From Clostridia bacterium (GTDB lineage Bacteria > Bacillota > Clostridia > Oscillospirales > CAG-272), in the NCBI GenBank assembly GCA_017456985.1, contig JAFTIH010000037.1, positions 5,558-69,557 of the forward strand: a DNA stretch of 64,000 nucleotides, written 5' to 3'. Position 1 is the first letter of the stretch, and the number at the start of each line of letters is the position of its first letter. The position numbers and the translations under genes are program-made. Of the stretch, positions 7,985 through 18,483 are shown in pieces. The notes beneath the pieces are model-generated. The model made no database searches. It saw nothing but the letters and a program-made list of their open reading frames with translations, and was not told where the DNA came from.

Positions 7985-9900
7985 CGGTTTTAAGCACGCA
8001 CGCCCTGTCGCTGTCCTTCGGGGACCGCGATATTTTGACGGACGTCAGCTTTTCCCTGAACGAGGGGGATAAGCTGGGTGTCGTCGGCGCCAACGGCGCG
8101 GGAAAGACGACCCTTTTCCGTCTTCTTTCGGGAGAATATACCCCCACCTCGGGCGAGGTGTTTTTGGCGCACGATCGCACCGTCGGATACTTGAAGCAGG
8201 ACGAGGCGACGGGGACCGCCCACGCCGACGTATCGCTCTTTACCTATATGCTCGAAAGCTTCCCCGAGGCGCTTGCGCTTGAAGGGGAGATCGCCGCTGC
8301 CGAAGCCGCGCTTGCCACGGAAACGGACGAAGAGCGTCTTCTTGCGGGGAGCGCGCGCCTTGCCGCGCTGCACGAGCGCTTTGAAGCGGCGAACGGCACC
8401 TCCTTCCGCTCCCGCGCACGCGGAATGCTCCTTCATATGGGCTTTGCCGAGGAGGAGCTTGAACGCCCCGTAGGCTCTCTTTCGGGCGGTCAGCATACCC
8501 GCCTTGCCCTTGCAAGACTGCTCGCAAGTGAGCCCGACGTCTTGCTTCTCGACGAGCCGACCAACCATCTTGATCTGGATGCGCTCGTGTGGCTTGAGGA
8601 TTTTCTTGCAAGCTATCGAAAGACGGTTCTCGTCATTTCGCACGACCGTTATTTTCTCGACAAGGTCACGGACAAAACGCTGATGATCAGTCAAAATCGC
8701 GCCAAGCTCTACCCCGCCGCCTATACGGGTGCCAAGCAGATGCAAGCACTCGATGAAGCGGCGCAGGACAAGCGCTATCGCGAGCAGAGAAAGATCATCG
8801 CGCGCATGGAAGCCAATATCGACTTTCAGCGCCGTTGCGGACAGGCGCACAATTTCGTGACCATCCGCTCCAAGCAAAAGCAGCTTGACCGAATGGAAAA
8901 GGTGGAGGCGGTCAAAGCACCTGCCCGCACGGTCAATTTCTCCTTCAAGAGTGAAACGCTTCACAGCGAGGAGGTGCTTGCCGTGTCCGAGCTTTCCTTC
9001 TCTTACGGAAGGGAAGCGCTCATCGACTCGCTCACCTTCGGCGTTCGCCGTGAGGAGCGCGTGGTCATTTTGGGTGCCAACGGCACGGGAAAATCCACGC
9101 TGATGCGCCTTTTGGTCGGAAAGCTCTCGCCAAGCGGAGGCAAGATCCGCTTTGCCGAGGACGCCAAGATCGGCTATTACGACCAGGAGACCCGCTCCTT
9201 CTCGGAGGACAAGACCGTCTTTTCCGAGCTGCACGACGAATACCCGCAAAAAACGGTGGGAGAGATCCGCTCCGCTCTTGCACTCTTCCTCTTTACGGGC
9301 GAGGATGTGGATAAGCCCATCCGCGCTCTTTCGGGCGGCGAGCGCGCCCGCCTGACGCTTGCCAAGCTGATGCTGAAGCCCGTGTCGGTGCTTTTGCTCG
9401 ATGAGCCCACCAACCACCTTGACATCGGCTCGCGCGAAGCGCTCGAAACGGCGCTCATCGCGTTCCCGGGTACCGTCATCGCGGTGTCGCACGACCGCTA
9501 TTTTATCGACCGCATCGCGACCCGCCTTATCGAGCTGCACGGTGCCGCGGACGGCGGTGCCTTCAGCTATACCCCCTACGCCGACGAAACGGCGTACGAG
9601 GCGTATTTGCGCTTGCGTACCGAGGAAACGGCGGCAGACACTCCTGCCCCCCAGAAAAGCGCGGGCAGGGAAGCGTACGAAAAGCGCAAGGCAGAGCAAG
9701 CGCGCGACCGTGCCGCCCGTCGCAAGATCGAGCGCGCCGAGGCGCGCATCCCCATCGTCGAGGCGGAGATGGAACGCTTAAAGGCGGAGCTGTACGGCGA
9801 CGCCGCCACCGATTACACCCGCGCCGCCGCGATCGAAGAAGAGCTTGCCGCACTAGAGGAAGAGCTTCTATCCCTATACGAAACCGTTATGGACGAATAG
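7981..9900 (+). CDS. ABC-F family ATPase (two ABC domains, no TM domain; Uup/YdiF-like)
   Basis: Two Walker A motifs (GANGAGKTT, GANGTGKST), two LSGG signatures (LSGGQHTR, LSGGERAR) and a C-terminal coiled-coil. ATGA overlap with yabQ. TTGACG-17-TATAAT promoter at 7922-7950. Confidence 0.9.
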   Translation: MTVLSTHALSLSFGDRDILTDVSFSLNEGDKLGVVGANGAGKTTLFRLLSGEYTPTSGEVFLAHDRTVGYLKQDEATGTAHADVSLFTYMLESFPEALALEGEIAAAEAALATETDEERLLAGSARLAALHERFEAANGTSFRSRARGMLLHMGFAEEELERPVGSLSGGQHTRLALARLLASEPDVLLLDEPTNHLDLDALVWLEDFLASYRKTVLVISHDRYFLDKVTDKTLMISQNRAKLYPAAYTGAKQMQALDEAAQDKRYREQRKIIARMEANIDFQRRCGQAHNFVTIRSKQKQLDRMEKVEAVKAPARTVNFSFKSETLHSEEVLAVSELSFSYGREALIDSLTFGVRREERVVILGANGTGKSTLMRLLVGKLSPSGGKIRFAEDAKIGYYDQETRSFSEDKTVFSELHDEYPQKTVGEIRSALALFLFTGEDVDKPIRALSGGERARLTLAKLMLKPVSVLLLDEPTNHLDIGSREALETALIAFPGTVIAVSHDRYFIDRIATRLIELHGAADGGAFSYTPYADETAYEAYLRLRTEETAADTPAPQKSAGREAYEKRKAEQARDRAARRKIERAEARIPIVEAEMERLKAELYGDAATDYTRAAAIEEELAALEEELLSLYETVMDE

Positions 9901-9908
9901 TGTTCGAC

Positions 9909-9951
9909 AAAAAAGAACCGCAACGACCGTTGCGGTTCTTTCTCTTTTTTT
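9909..9951. terminator. Bidirectional terminator between convergent ABC-F and oxidoreductase genes
   Basis: AAGAACCGCAACG-acc-GTTGCGGTTCTT flanked by A-run and T-run. Confidence 0.7.
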
Positions 9952-9955
9952 ACGA

Positions 9956-11122
9956 TCAGATCTCGTCGTAGGACAGGACGTTGAGCTCGATCTCACGACC
10001 AAGGTCGCTGGATCTTGCGATACCGTCGAGGATCGCCTGGTTGTAAAGGATCTGCGAGGTAGGAACGGGAGAGGGCGTGCCGTTCTTTGCGGCGTCAAGG
10101 AAGGAGCGGATCTTAAGATCCCACAGGTTGTCGTTCTCTTCCAAAGGAATGACCGTCTCAACCTGTACGCCCGCGATTTCCTGATACAGGATGCAGGGGT
10201 TCGTGAGAATACCGTTCCAGCAGTCGGTAGCGGGAACGCGAAGACCGCCCTTGGTACCGAGAATGACGGTATCGCAGGGATAGTCGATGTTCTGCGCCCA
10301 ACCGATGCGGAAGTCAAGCGTGATATCGCCCTCAAGACGGATATAGCCCGTAGCCCAGTCGTCAACACCGAACTTCTCGGCGTATTCCTTGTGACCGAAG
10401 TAGGTCACGAAGTTGGGGTCCTTGCCAAACATCGCGCCGCGGAAGCCCGTAGCGGTCAGGGGCTTGGGATAGCCGACGGCGTTGAGCACGAGGTCGAGTG
10501 CATAGCATCCGATATCGCCGAGCGCACCAAGACCTGCGGTCGCGTCCTCAATGAAGGTGGTGCCGAAGGGGGTAGGAATGCCGCGACGGCGACCGCCGCC
10601 CGTCTGGATGTAGTAGATCTTGCCGAGAACACCGCTGTCAACGATCTTCTTGATGTTCTGCATATTCTTGTTGAAACGGGGCTGGAAGCCGACGGACACG
10701 ATCTTGCCGCTCTTCTTCTCGGCACGGATGATGTCGTAAGCCTCCTCGATCGTCACACACATCGGCTTTTCTAACAGAACGTGAACGCCTGCTTCCAGTG
10801 CGTGGATGGTGCAGGATGCGTGGGTGCGGTTGTAGGTACAAACGCTGACGCAATCAAGCTTCAGCGACTTGTCTGCCAGCATCTCCACCTCGTCCTTGTA
10901 GTCACACTTGACGCCTTCAAGACCGAACTTCTTGCAGAACGCCTCTGCCTTGCCGGGGATCAGGTCACACGCGGCAACGATCTCCACGTCGGGCTGATTC
11001 TGGTACGCCTTCACGTGGGGCTCTGCGATCCAACCCGTACCGATGATACCTACGCGCATTTTGCGGCTGGTGTCAATGGTGACGACTTCTTGGTTCTTTT
11101 CAAACGCATTCATATCTGCCAT
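9956..11122 (-). CDS. Gfo/Idh/MocA family NAD(P)-dependent oxidoreductase
   Basis: N-terminal Rossmann motif MRVGIIGTGWIAEPH and EKP motif (VLLEKPM). Start at 11122 (MADMNAF) with a GGAGGAG RBS. Confidence 0.85.
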   Translation of the reverse strand: MADMNAFEKNQEVVTIDTSRKMRVGIIGTGWIAEPHVKAYQNQPDVEIVAACDLIPGKAEAFCKKFGLEGVKCDYKDEVEMLADKSLKLDCVSVCTYNRTHASCTIHALEAGVHVLLEKPMCVTIEEAYDIIRAEKKSGKIVSVGFQPRFNKNMQNIKKIVDSGVLGKIYYIQTGGGRRRGIPTPFGTTFIEDATAGLGALGDIGCYALDLVLNAVGYPKPLTATGFRGAMFGKDPNFVTYFGHKEYAEKFGVDDWATGYIRLEGDITLDFRIGWAQNIDYPCDTVILGTKGGLRVPATDCWNGILTNPCILYQEIAGVQVETVIPLEENDNLWDLKIRSFLDAAKNGTPSPVPTSQILYNQAILDGIARSSDLGREIELNVLSYDEI

Positions 11123-11329
11123 GATTTTTGCTCCTCCATATAAAAACGGTGTGATAAAACACGATAATGTGGCTGAAGCCACTCAAAGCCATTATGCCAA
11201 ACGAAAGGGGATTTGTCAACCCTTTTTGCATATTTTTTTACATTTTTCTTGATTTTTTCACTTTACATTTGCGCGCGCGTGTGGTACAATAAACTTGTAT
11301 GCTATCATCTTTTTCTAGGAGGCGGACGA

Positions 11330-13297
11330 ATGGGCGTTTTTGAACTCAAAAGCGAATATCTTCCCACGGGCGACCAGCCCGAAGCGATCGAAACGCTCAC
11401 GCGCGGCGTTCTTGCGGGCGAGCGGATGCAGACGCTTCTCGGTGTCACGGGCTCGGGCAAGACCTTTACGATGGCGAACGTGATCGCTGCCGTCGGTAAG
11501 CCCACGCTCGTGCTTGCGCACAACAAGACTCTTGCCGCCCAGCTGTGCTCGGAATTTCGCGAGTTTTTTCCGAACAACGCGGTAGAATACTTCGTTTCCT
11601 ACTACGACTATTACCAGCCCGAGGCGTATATCCCGGGCAAGGATATGTATATCGAAAAGGACGCCCTCGTCAACGACGAGATCGATAAGCTGCGCCACAG
11701 TGCCACCAGCGCCCTCTTTGAGCGGCGGGACGTCATCATCGTGGCAAGCGTGTCCTGCATCTATTCCCTCGGCGACCCCTCGGAATATGAAAGCCTGCTC
11801 GTTTCCGTCCGACCGGGACAAAGGATGACGCGCGACGAGCTCATCCGCCGCCTCGTTGCCATCAGCTACGAGCGGGGCGACCTTAACTTCGTGCGTGACA
11901 AGTTCCGCGTGCGGGGTGACGTCGTGGAGATCTTTCCCGCATCCAGCACCGATCACGCCATCCGCGTGGAGTTCTTCGGGGACGAGATCGACCGCGTATC
12001 CAAGATCCGCGTCCTGACGGGCGAGGTGGAGGAAACGCTCTCCTACGCCGCCGTTTTCCCCGCGACCCACTACGCCGTTTCCGACGCCAAGCGCGAGGCG
12101 GCGATCGCCGAGATCTTCCGCGAAATGAAGGAACGCGTTGCATTTTTCAAATCGCAGGGCAAGCTCATCGAGGCACAGCGCATCGAGGAACGCACGCGCT
12201 ACGATATGGAAATGCTGCGCGAGGTGGGCTTCTGCTCGGGCGTTGAGAACTACTCCCGCGTCCTTGCGGGCAGAGAGCCGGGCGCTACCCCCTATACGCT
12301 TCTCGACTATATGCCCAAGGACTATCTTCTCATCGTGGACGAGTCGCACGTCACGCTCCCGCAGGTGCGCGGTATGAGCGGCGGCGACCGTGCGCGCAAG
12401 CAAAATCTGATCGAATACGGCTTCCGTCTGCCTTCGGCGGCGGACAACCGCCCGCTCTTCTTCGAGGAGTTTGAGGCACGCATCAACCAAGCCATCTTCG
12501 TTTCCGCTACCCCTGCCGATTACGAGAGGGAGCATTCTACCGTCACCGCTGAGCAGATCATCCGCCCGACGGGACTGCTCGACCCCGAGATCGAGGTGCG
12601 CCCCATTGAGGGACAGGTGGACGATCTGCTCGGCGAGATCCGCGCCGTTACCGCCGCAGAGGAAAAGGTGCTCGTCACCACACTCACCGTCAAAATGGCG
12701 GAGGACCTGACCGATTACCTCGCCGAGTGCGGCGTCAAGGTCAAATATATCCACCACACCGTCGAAACGATGGAGCGTCAGGAGATCATCCGCGACTTGC
12801 GCCTCGGCGTGTTCGACGTGCTCGTGGGCGTCAACCTTTTGCGTGAGGGACTTGATATCCCCGAGGTGTCGCTCGTCGCCATCCTCGATGCGGACAAGGA
12901 GGGCTTCTTGCGCTCCGCCTCCTCACTCATTCAGACGGTGGGACGCGCCGCGCGCAACGAGCACGGCAGAGTCGTGATGTACGCCGACACCGTTACCCGC
13001 TCAATGCAGACCTGTATCGACGAAACGGCGCGCCGCCGCGCCATCCAGAGCGCCTACAACGAAAAGCACGGCATCCGTCCCCACTCCGTCAAAAAGGCGG
13101 TCCGCGACCTCATCGAGATCGGCAAGAAGGAAAGCGCCGACACGAAGAAGACGCAAAAGCGCAGGATGAGCGCCGCCGAGAGGGAAAAGGAGATCGTCGC
13201 CCTCACCGCAGAAATGAAACGCGCCGCCGCACGGCTTGAATTTGAGCGTGCCGCCGCCCTGCGCGATAAGATCAAGGAATTGAGAAACGAAAAATGA
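11330..13297 (+). CDS. uvrB: Excinuclease ABC subunit B
   Basis: [17 protein letters not shown]..., GVTGSGKTF Walker A, helicase motifs and a C-terminal UVR domain ([14 protein letters not shown]). TTTACA-17-TGgTACAAT promoter around 11264-11292. Confidence 0.97.
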   Translation: MGVFELKSEYLPTGDQPEAIETLTRGVLAGERMQTLLGVTGSGKTFTMANVIAAVGKPTLVLAHNKTLAAQLCSEFREFFPNNAVEYFVSYYDYYQPEAYIPGKDMYIEKDALVNDEIDKLRHSATSALFERRDVIIVASVSCIYSLGDPSEYESLLVSVRPGQRMTRDELIRRLVAISYERGDLNFVRDKFRVRGDVVEIFPASSTDHAIRVEFFGDEIDRVSKIRVLTGEVEETLSYAAVFPATHYAVSDAKREAAIAEIFREMKERVAFFKSQGKLIEAQRIEERTRYDMEMLREVGFCSGVENYSRVLAGREPGATPYTLLDYMPKDYLLIVDESHVTLPQVRGMSGGDRARKQNLIEYGFRLPSAADNRPLFFEEFEARINQAIFVSATPADYEREHSTVTAEQIIRPTGLLDPEIEVRPIEGQVDDLLGEIRAVTAAEEKVLVTTLTVKMAEDLTDYLAECGVKVKYIHHTVETMERQEIIRDLRLGVFDVLVGVNLLREGLDIPEVSLVAILDADKEGFLRSASSLIQTVGRAARNEHGRVVMYADTVTRSMQTCIDETARRRAIQSAYNEKHGIRPHSVKKAVRDLIEIGKKESADTKKTQKRRMSAAEREKEIVALTAEMKRAAARLEFERAAALRDKIKELRNEK

Positions 13298-16233
13298 AGG
13301 ATAAACTAGTCATTCGGGGTGCGCGCACCCATAACTTAAAAAATATCGATCTGTCCGTGCCACGCGATACGCTGACCGTCTTTACGGGACTCTCGGGCTC
13401 GGGCAAGTCCTCGCTCGCATTCGATACCATCTACGCGGAGGGACATCGCCGCTTCGTCGAATCCCTTTCCTCGTACGCCCGTATGTTTCTCGGGCAGATG
13501 GATAAGCCGGACGTGGATTTCATCGAGGGGCTTTCCCCCGCCATCTCCATCGACCAGAAGACCACGTCGAAAAACCCCCGTTCTACCGTGGGTACGGTAA
13601 CGGAGATCTACGACTACCTGCGTCTTCTTTTTGCGCGCGTGGGCGTGCCGCACTGTCCCGTTTGCGGCAAGGAGATCCGCCAGCAAACGACCGAGCGCAT
13701 CCTCTCGCAGATCCTCGAGCTTCCCGAGGGAGAACGCTTTCTCGTGCTCGCGCCTATGGTGCGCGGACAAAAGGGTACGCACGAAAAGGTACTCGCCGAC
13801 GCCCGCCGCTCGGGCTACGTGCGCGTGCTTGTAGACGGCATCACCTACGAGCTGACCGAGGACATCAAATTGGAGAAGAACCAAAAGCACACCGTAGAGG
13901 TCGTGCTTGACCGTCTGGTGATGCGGGAGGACGTCCGCACCCGCCTTGCCGACTCGGTGGAGAGCGCCTTGCGCCTTGCCGACGGCAGAGTGGAGATCCT
14001 CACCGTTCCGCGCGAGGGGGAAGGGCGGCGCCTGTCCTTTTCGCAGAAATACGCCTGCGAGGAGCACGGCGTATCCTTTGGCGAGCTTGAGCCGCGTATG
14101 TTCTCCTTCAACAATCCCTTCGGTGCCTGCCCCACCTGTGCGGGGCTTGGCAGTGAGCGCATTCTTTCACCCCAAAAGATCATCCCCGACCTGAGCCTCT
14201 CGTTGCGCCGTGGCGCTATCGCCGTCAACGGCTTCAAAACGATGGAGGAGGACGGCTGGGGCGGTCCCCTTTACGCCGCCGTGGGTCAAAAATACGGCTT
14301 CACCCTCGACACCCCGCTTTGTGAGTTTTCGGAGGAGGCGCTTCACGCCCTCCTTTACGGCACGGGGGACGAAACCTATCACATCGTGCGCCACTATGAG
14401 GGCGTCCACCGCGAGCAGACCGTTCCCTTCGAGGGGGTCATCCGTGCGATGGAGCGCCGAAGCGTTTCCTTTGGCTTTGGCAAAGAATATTACGACGAAT
14501 TTATCGAGGACGCGCCCTGTCCCACCTGTCACGGCGCGCGCCTCGCTCCTCATATCCTCGCCGTCACGGTTGGCGGCAAAAACATTGACGAGGTGTGCCG
14601 ACTTCCCATTGACCGCGCGCTTGTCTTCTTCACGGAGCTCTCTCTTTCCGAAAGCGAAATGGCGGTGGCAAAGGAGGTCTTGAAGGAGATCCGCGCCCGC
14701 CTATCCTTCCTCTCTCGCGTGGGGCTTGGGTACCTGACGCTGGGCAGAAGTGCGGGAACGCTCTCGGGCGGTGAAGCCCAGCGCATCCGTCTTGCCACGC
14801 AGATCGGCTCCTCGCTCGTGGGTGTCCTTTATATTCTTGACGAGCCCAGCATCGGACTACACCAGCGCGACAACAGCAAGCTGATCGCCACCTTAAAGGA
14901 GCTGCGCGATCTGGGCAATACCGTCATCGTCGTCGAGCACGACGAGGAAACGATGGAGGCGGCGGACTATCTCGTGGATATCGGTCCGGGTGCAGGCATT
15001 CATGGCGGCGAGGTCGTTGCCGTCGGCACGCCCGCCGAGGTCGCGGCAAACGAGCACTCCGTCACGGGCGACTATCTGTCGGGGCGCCGCACCATCCCCG
15101 TTCCCGAAAAACGCCGCGCAGGCAACGGCGCTCGCCTTTCGGTGCGCGACGCCGAGGAAAACAACTTAAAGCGCCTTTCGGTCGAGATCCCGCTCGGCAC
15201 CTTCACCTGCGTGACGGGTGTATCGGGCTCTGGAAAATCCTCGCTCGTCAACGCCGTGCTCCTGCGCACGCTCCAAAAAAAGCTCAACCGTGCCTACACC
15301 ACCCCTGGTCGCTCGGGCGGTGTGTTTGGGTACGAGCATCTCGATAAGGTGATCGCCATCGACCAGTCTCCCATCGGCAGGACCCCCCGCTCCAACCCCG
15401 CCACCTATACGGGGCTCTTTACGGACATCCGCAACCTCTTTGCGATGACCCCCGAGGCAAAGGCGCGCGGCTACACCCCCGGACGCTTTTCCTTCAACGT
15501 GCGCGGCGGCAGATGCGAGGAATGCGAGGGCGACGGCGTGAAGCGTATTGAAATGCACTTTTTGCCCGACGTTTACGTCAAGTGCGACACCTGCCACGGC
15601 AAGCGCTACAACCGCGAAACGCTGGAGGTCACCTATAAAGGGAAAAATATCAGCGACGTTTTAGAAATGACGGTAGAGGAGGGCGTTTCCTTCTTCGAGG
15701 GCATCCCCTCGATCTCCCGCAAATTAAAAACCCTCTTCGACGTGGGACTCGGCTATATCAAGATCGGTCAGCCCTCCACCACGATGTCGGGCGGCGAAGC
15801 CCAGCGCGTCAAGCTGGCGACCGAGCTTGCCAAGCGCCAGACGGGCAAGACCGTCTACGTTCTTGACGAGCCTACGACGGGACTCCACACGGATGACGTC
15901 GCCAAACTCATCGGCATTCTTGACCGCCTTGTCGAGGCGGGAAATACCGTCATCGTCATCGAGCATAACCTTGACTTGATCAAGTGCGCCGATTATATCC
16001 TCGACCTCGGTCCCGAGGGGGGCGACGGCGGCGGCACGCTCGTCGCGAAGGGCACGCCCGAAGAGGTCGCCCGGTGCGAGCAGTCCTATACGGGACAGTA
16101 TCTCAGAAAAAAGCTAAATCTTGGAGACAGACTATGGAAATTAAAATCAAGCTCTTGGACAGTCGCGCAAAGGTCCCCACGCGCGGCACCCCCGACGCGG
16201 CGGGCGTCGATCTGTACGCCCTGGACGGCGTGA
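13294..16233 (+). CDS. uvrA: Excinuclease ABC subunit A (with about 35-40 aa C-terminal extension running into dut)
   Basis: [33 protein letters not shown], zinc-finger Cys pairs and a second ABC module ([10 protein letters not shown]). ATGA overlap with uvrB. The frame stays open 100 nt past the dut start. Confidence 0.93.
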   Translation: MKDKLVIRGARTHNLKNIDLSVPRDTLTVFTGLSGSGKSSLAFDTIYAEGHRRFVESLSSYARMFLGQMDKPDVDFIEGLSPAISIDQKTTSKNPRSTVGTVTEIYDYLRLLFARVGVPHCPVCGKEIRQQTTERILSQILELPEGERFLVLAPMVRGQKGTHEKVLADARRSGYVRVLVDGITYELTEDIKLEKNQKHTVEVVLDRLVMREDVRTRLADSVESALRLADGRVEILTVPREGEGRRLSFSQKYACEEHGVSFGELEPRMFSFNNPFGACPTCAGLGSERILSPQKIIPDLSLSLRRGAIAVNGFKTMEEDGWGGPLYAAVGQKYGFTLDTPLCEFSEEALHALLYGTGDETYHIVRHYEGVHREQTVPFEGVIRAMERRSVSFGFGKEYYDEFIEDAPCPTCHGARLAPHILAVTVGGKNIDEVCRLPIDRALVFFTELSLSESEMAVAKEVLKEIRARLSFLSRVGLGYLTLGRSAGTLSGGEAQRIRLATQIGSSLVGVLYILDEPSIGLHQRDNSKLIATLKELRDLGNTVIVVEHDEETMEAADYLVDIGPGAGIHGGEVVAVGTPAEVAANEHSVTGDYLSGRRTIPVPEKRRAGNGARLSVRDAEENNLKRLSVEIPLGTFTCVTGVSGSGKSSLVNAVLLRTLQKKLNRAYTTPGRSGGVFGYEHLDKVIAIDQSPIGRTPRSNPATYTGLFTDIRNLFAMTPEAKARGYTPGRFSFNVRGGRCEECEGDGVKRIEMHFLPDVYVKCDTCHGKRYNRETLEVTYKGKNISDVLEMTVEEGVSFFEGIPSISRKLKTLFDVGLGYIKIGQPSTTMSGGEAQRVKLATELAKRQTGKTVYVLDEPTTGLHTDDVAKLIGILDRLVEAGNTVIVIEHNLDLIKCADYILDLGPEGGDGGGTLVAKGTPEEVARCEQSYTGQYLRKKLNLGDRLWKLKSSSWTVAQRSPRAAPPTRRASICTPWTA

Positions 16234-16565
16234 CGGTGGAGGCGGGTGAAACGGTGCTCGTGCATACGGGTGTCGCCGTCGCCATTCCCCGCGGATACGC
16301 AGGCTTTATCTATGCGCGTAGCGGTCTTGCCACCAAGCGGCACCTCGCCCCCGCCAACAAGGTAGGCGTCATCGACGCGGACTATCGCGGCGAGATCATG
16401 GTCGCCCTTCACAATCACGGCAACGCGGCGCAAACGCTCGACGCGGGTGAGCGCATCGCGCAGATGGTGGTCGCGCCCTTCCTTTCGTTTGATTTCTCCC
16501 TCGCAGAGGAGCTAGACGAAACGGCGCGTGGCGAGGGCGGCTTCGGCTCCACGGGCAAGCGTTAA
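16134..16565 (+). CDS. dut: dUTP diphosphatase
   Basis: MEIKIKLLD...AAGVDLYA...RSGLA...IDADYRGEI...RIAQMV...[10 protein letters not shown] dUTPase motifs. GGAGA RBS before 16134. Confidence 0.92.
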   Translation: MEIKIKLLDSRAKVPTRGTPDAAGVDLYALDGVTVEAGETVLVHTGVAVAIPRGYAGFIYARSGLATKRHLAPANKVGVIDADYRGEIMVALHNHGNAAQTLDAGERIAQMVVAPFLSFDFSLAEELDETARGEGGFGSTGKR

Positions 16566-16709
16566 GAATTTCACTCTTTGAGGAAGAAAAACACAAATTC
16601 GCCTTGACATTGATTAAAAAATGTGCTAAAATAGTAGGGATGAATAAATATGGGCGCTTGTGTGAGCGGCAGCGTGCCGCACGGAAAACGCCCTTCAAAG
16701 GAGCTTTTT

Positions 16710-17438
16710 ATGGAACTCAGCTTAAAGGACCTTTGGTCAATATTTAAAAGCAGCATCTTTTATTGCGCCATTTGTGCCGTGATCCTCGGTGCGGTCGTGG
16801 GCGTTTATACCAGCTTTGGTGTAAAGAAGGTGTATAAGTCTTCTGCAGAGTACGTGCTCGTCGTTGAAGATGACGCGACGAATGGGGGGGACCAGACTTT
16901 CGGCGTTACCCAGCAGAACAACTATCTGGTCGTGGGTGCCAAATCCATCTATACGCTCAGCAGTTATTTGATGAACGAAAAGACGATGGCGATGGTGCTT
17001 GATTACATTGAAACGCAGCACGCCGCAGATCCCACGAATGAGAATTACATTCTGGAGCACGAATACAAGGCGTCCTCCGTACCCTTTTTCTTTACGCTTC
17101 CCAAGGAGGAAACGGACGTTGTGTTCAGCGTCAGCTGTAACGCACTCTCCGCACAGGATTCCTTCGTTTTGATGAATGCCTTCTCTGCGGTGATCAACGA
17201 CCGCGCGGCTCGCGTTTTGAACGACGTCTTCACCATCGAGGTCAGCGTAGAGGCGAAGAAGGGCGCACTCATTTCCCCCAACGTTGCGCGTAACGCCGTT
17301 ATCGGTGCCCTCGTCGGCGCCCTCGTTCCCTTCGTCGTGATGCTTTTGCGTACTGCCTTTGACACCCGTATCACGAGGGAAGAGGACCTCAAAGAGAAAT
17401 TCGCATATCCCGTGCTGGGTCAGATCCCTCACATCTAA
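16710..17438 (+). CDS. Polysaccharide chain-length determinant (Wzz/CpsC/YveK-type) membrane protein
   Basis: N- and C-terminal TM segments flank a hydrophilic domain. Sits directly upstream of a BY-kinase. AAAGGAG RBS. TTGACA-17-TGcTAAAAT promoter around 16604-16633. Confidence 0.75.
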   Translation: MELSLKDLWSIFKSSIFYCAICAVILGAVVGVYTSFGVKKVYKSSAEYVLVVEDDATNGGDQTFGVTQQNNYLVVGAKSIYTLSSYLMNEKTMAMVLDYIETQHAADPTNENYILEHEYKASSVPFFFTLPKEETDVVFSVSCNALSAQDSFVLMNAFSAVINDRAARVLNDVFTIEVSVEAKKGALISPNVARNAVIGALVGALVPFVVMLLRTAFDTRITREEDLKEKFAYPVLGQIPHI

Positions 17439-17462
17439 TGCGGCGGAAAGGAAGACGGATCA

Positions 17463-18386
17463 ATGGATTTTAAGTGGCTCACCTCTTTGTTCTCCAAGAA
17501 AGGGAAGAAAGAAGATCAATATTATTACCGTGGTTACGGGTACGGTTATGGCTACGGCGGCAGACGCTCGCGCTCAAGACACCTTCGTCTGATTGGAGAG
17601 CATACCTCGCCGCGCGTCATCGAAGCGTACAGTATGATGAGAACCAACCTGCTCTATATGGGCGCGGATTCTCAAAGCGGTACGGTGTTCGGCTTTACGA
17701 GTGCGTCGCCCAGCGACGGCAAATCCCTCACCTGCGCCAACACGGCGATCTCGTTTGCAATGTCGGGCAAGCGCGTGCTTTTGCTTGACTGCGATATGAG
17801 AAAGCCCACGCAGAACGTCGCCTTCGAGATGGGAACGGAACGAGGTCTTTCGGAGTACCTGGCAGGCGTATGCCCCACCCCCGAAATTCTTGAAACCAAG
17901 TACGAGAACCTTTCTTTGATCTTGGCGGGCAGATGTCCTCCCAATCCTGCGGAGCTTCTTTATCGCCCCCGCTTTGCGGAGCTCATCCGCACCTTGAAGG
18001 GACAGTACGACTTTGTTTTCGTGGATCTGCCCCCCGTCGGTGTCGTGTCTGACGCGACCATCGTTTCCCCCTATATCAAATTCTACGTCTGCGTCGTCCG
18101 CTCGGGCAAGAGCGATTCCCGTGCTGTACAGCATATGGTGGAATCCATCGAGCAGCTTGACGGCAAGATCGCTGGCTTCGTGCTCAACGAAACGGAAAAC
18201 CGCTACCGTTCCGCGTATCGCAATAACCGTTACGGCAAGCAGTACGGCTATTACGCCCACAAGAACGAGGCAGAGGATGCTGCCGATGCGCAAGCATCCG
18301 TGGATGCACCTGCGGAAACGGAGAACGCCGAGGCGGCGCCCGAAGCCGTTAAGGAAGAGGAGCCCGCAAAGCCCGAAAACGAATGA
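17463..18386 (+). CDS. CpsD/CapB-family tyrosine-protein kinase (BY-kinase)
   Basis: Walker A-like SASPSDGKS, Walker A' LLLDCDMRKP, Walker B FVFVDLPP. C-terminal Tyr cluster (YRSAYRNNRYGKQYGYY) plus an unusual N-terminal YYYRGYGYGYGYGG tract. Confidence 0.85.
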   Translation: MDFKWLTSLFSKKGKKEDQYYYRGYGYGYGYGGRRSRSRHLRLIGEHTSPRVIEAYSMMRTNLLYMGADSQSGTVFGFTSASPSDGKSLTCANTAISFAMSGKRVLLLDCDMRKPTQNVAFEMGTERGLSEYLAGVCPTPEILETKYENLSLILAGRCPPNPAELLYRPRFAELIRTLKGQYDFVFVDLPPVGVVSDATIVSPYIKFYVCVVRSGKSDSRAVQHMVESIEQLDGKIAGFVLNETENRYRSAYRNNRYGKQYGYYAHKNEAEDAADAQASVDAPAETENAEAAPEAVKEEEPAKPENE

Positions 18387-18430
18387 TGCGGGGCGAAAAG
18401 TAAGGACAACGCCGTATCCCGCATTTGATA

Positions 18431-18460
18431 AAAGCCTCGGTCTGTCCGAGGCTTTTCTTT
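18431..18460 (+). terminator. Rho-independent terminator after BY-kinase gene
   Basis: AAAGCCTCGG-tctgt-CCGAGGCTTTT then TCTTT. Confidence 0.6.
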
Positions 18461-18483
18461 GCAAAAAAACGAAAGGAGTGCGT

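Noticed and set aside
11183-11329. An SOS (LexA/Cheo box, CGAAC-N4-GTTCG) operator upstream of uvrB.
   Set aside because: Looked for by eye and none found. Only a sigma-A-like promoter (TTTACA-17-TGgTACAAT) is apparent.
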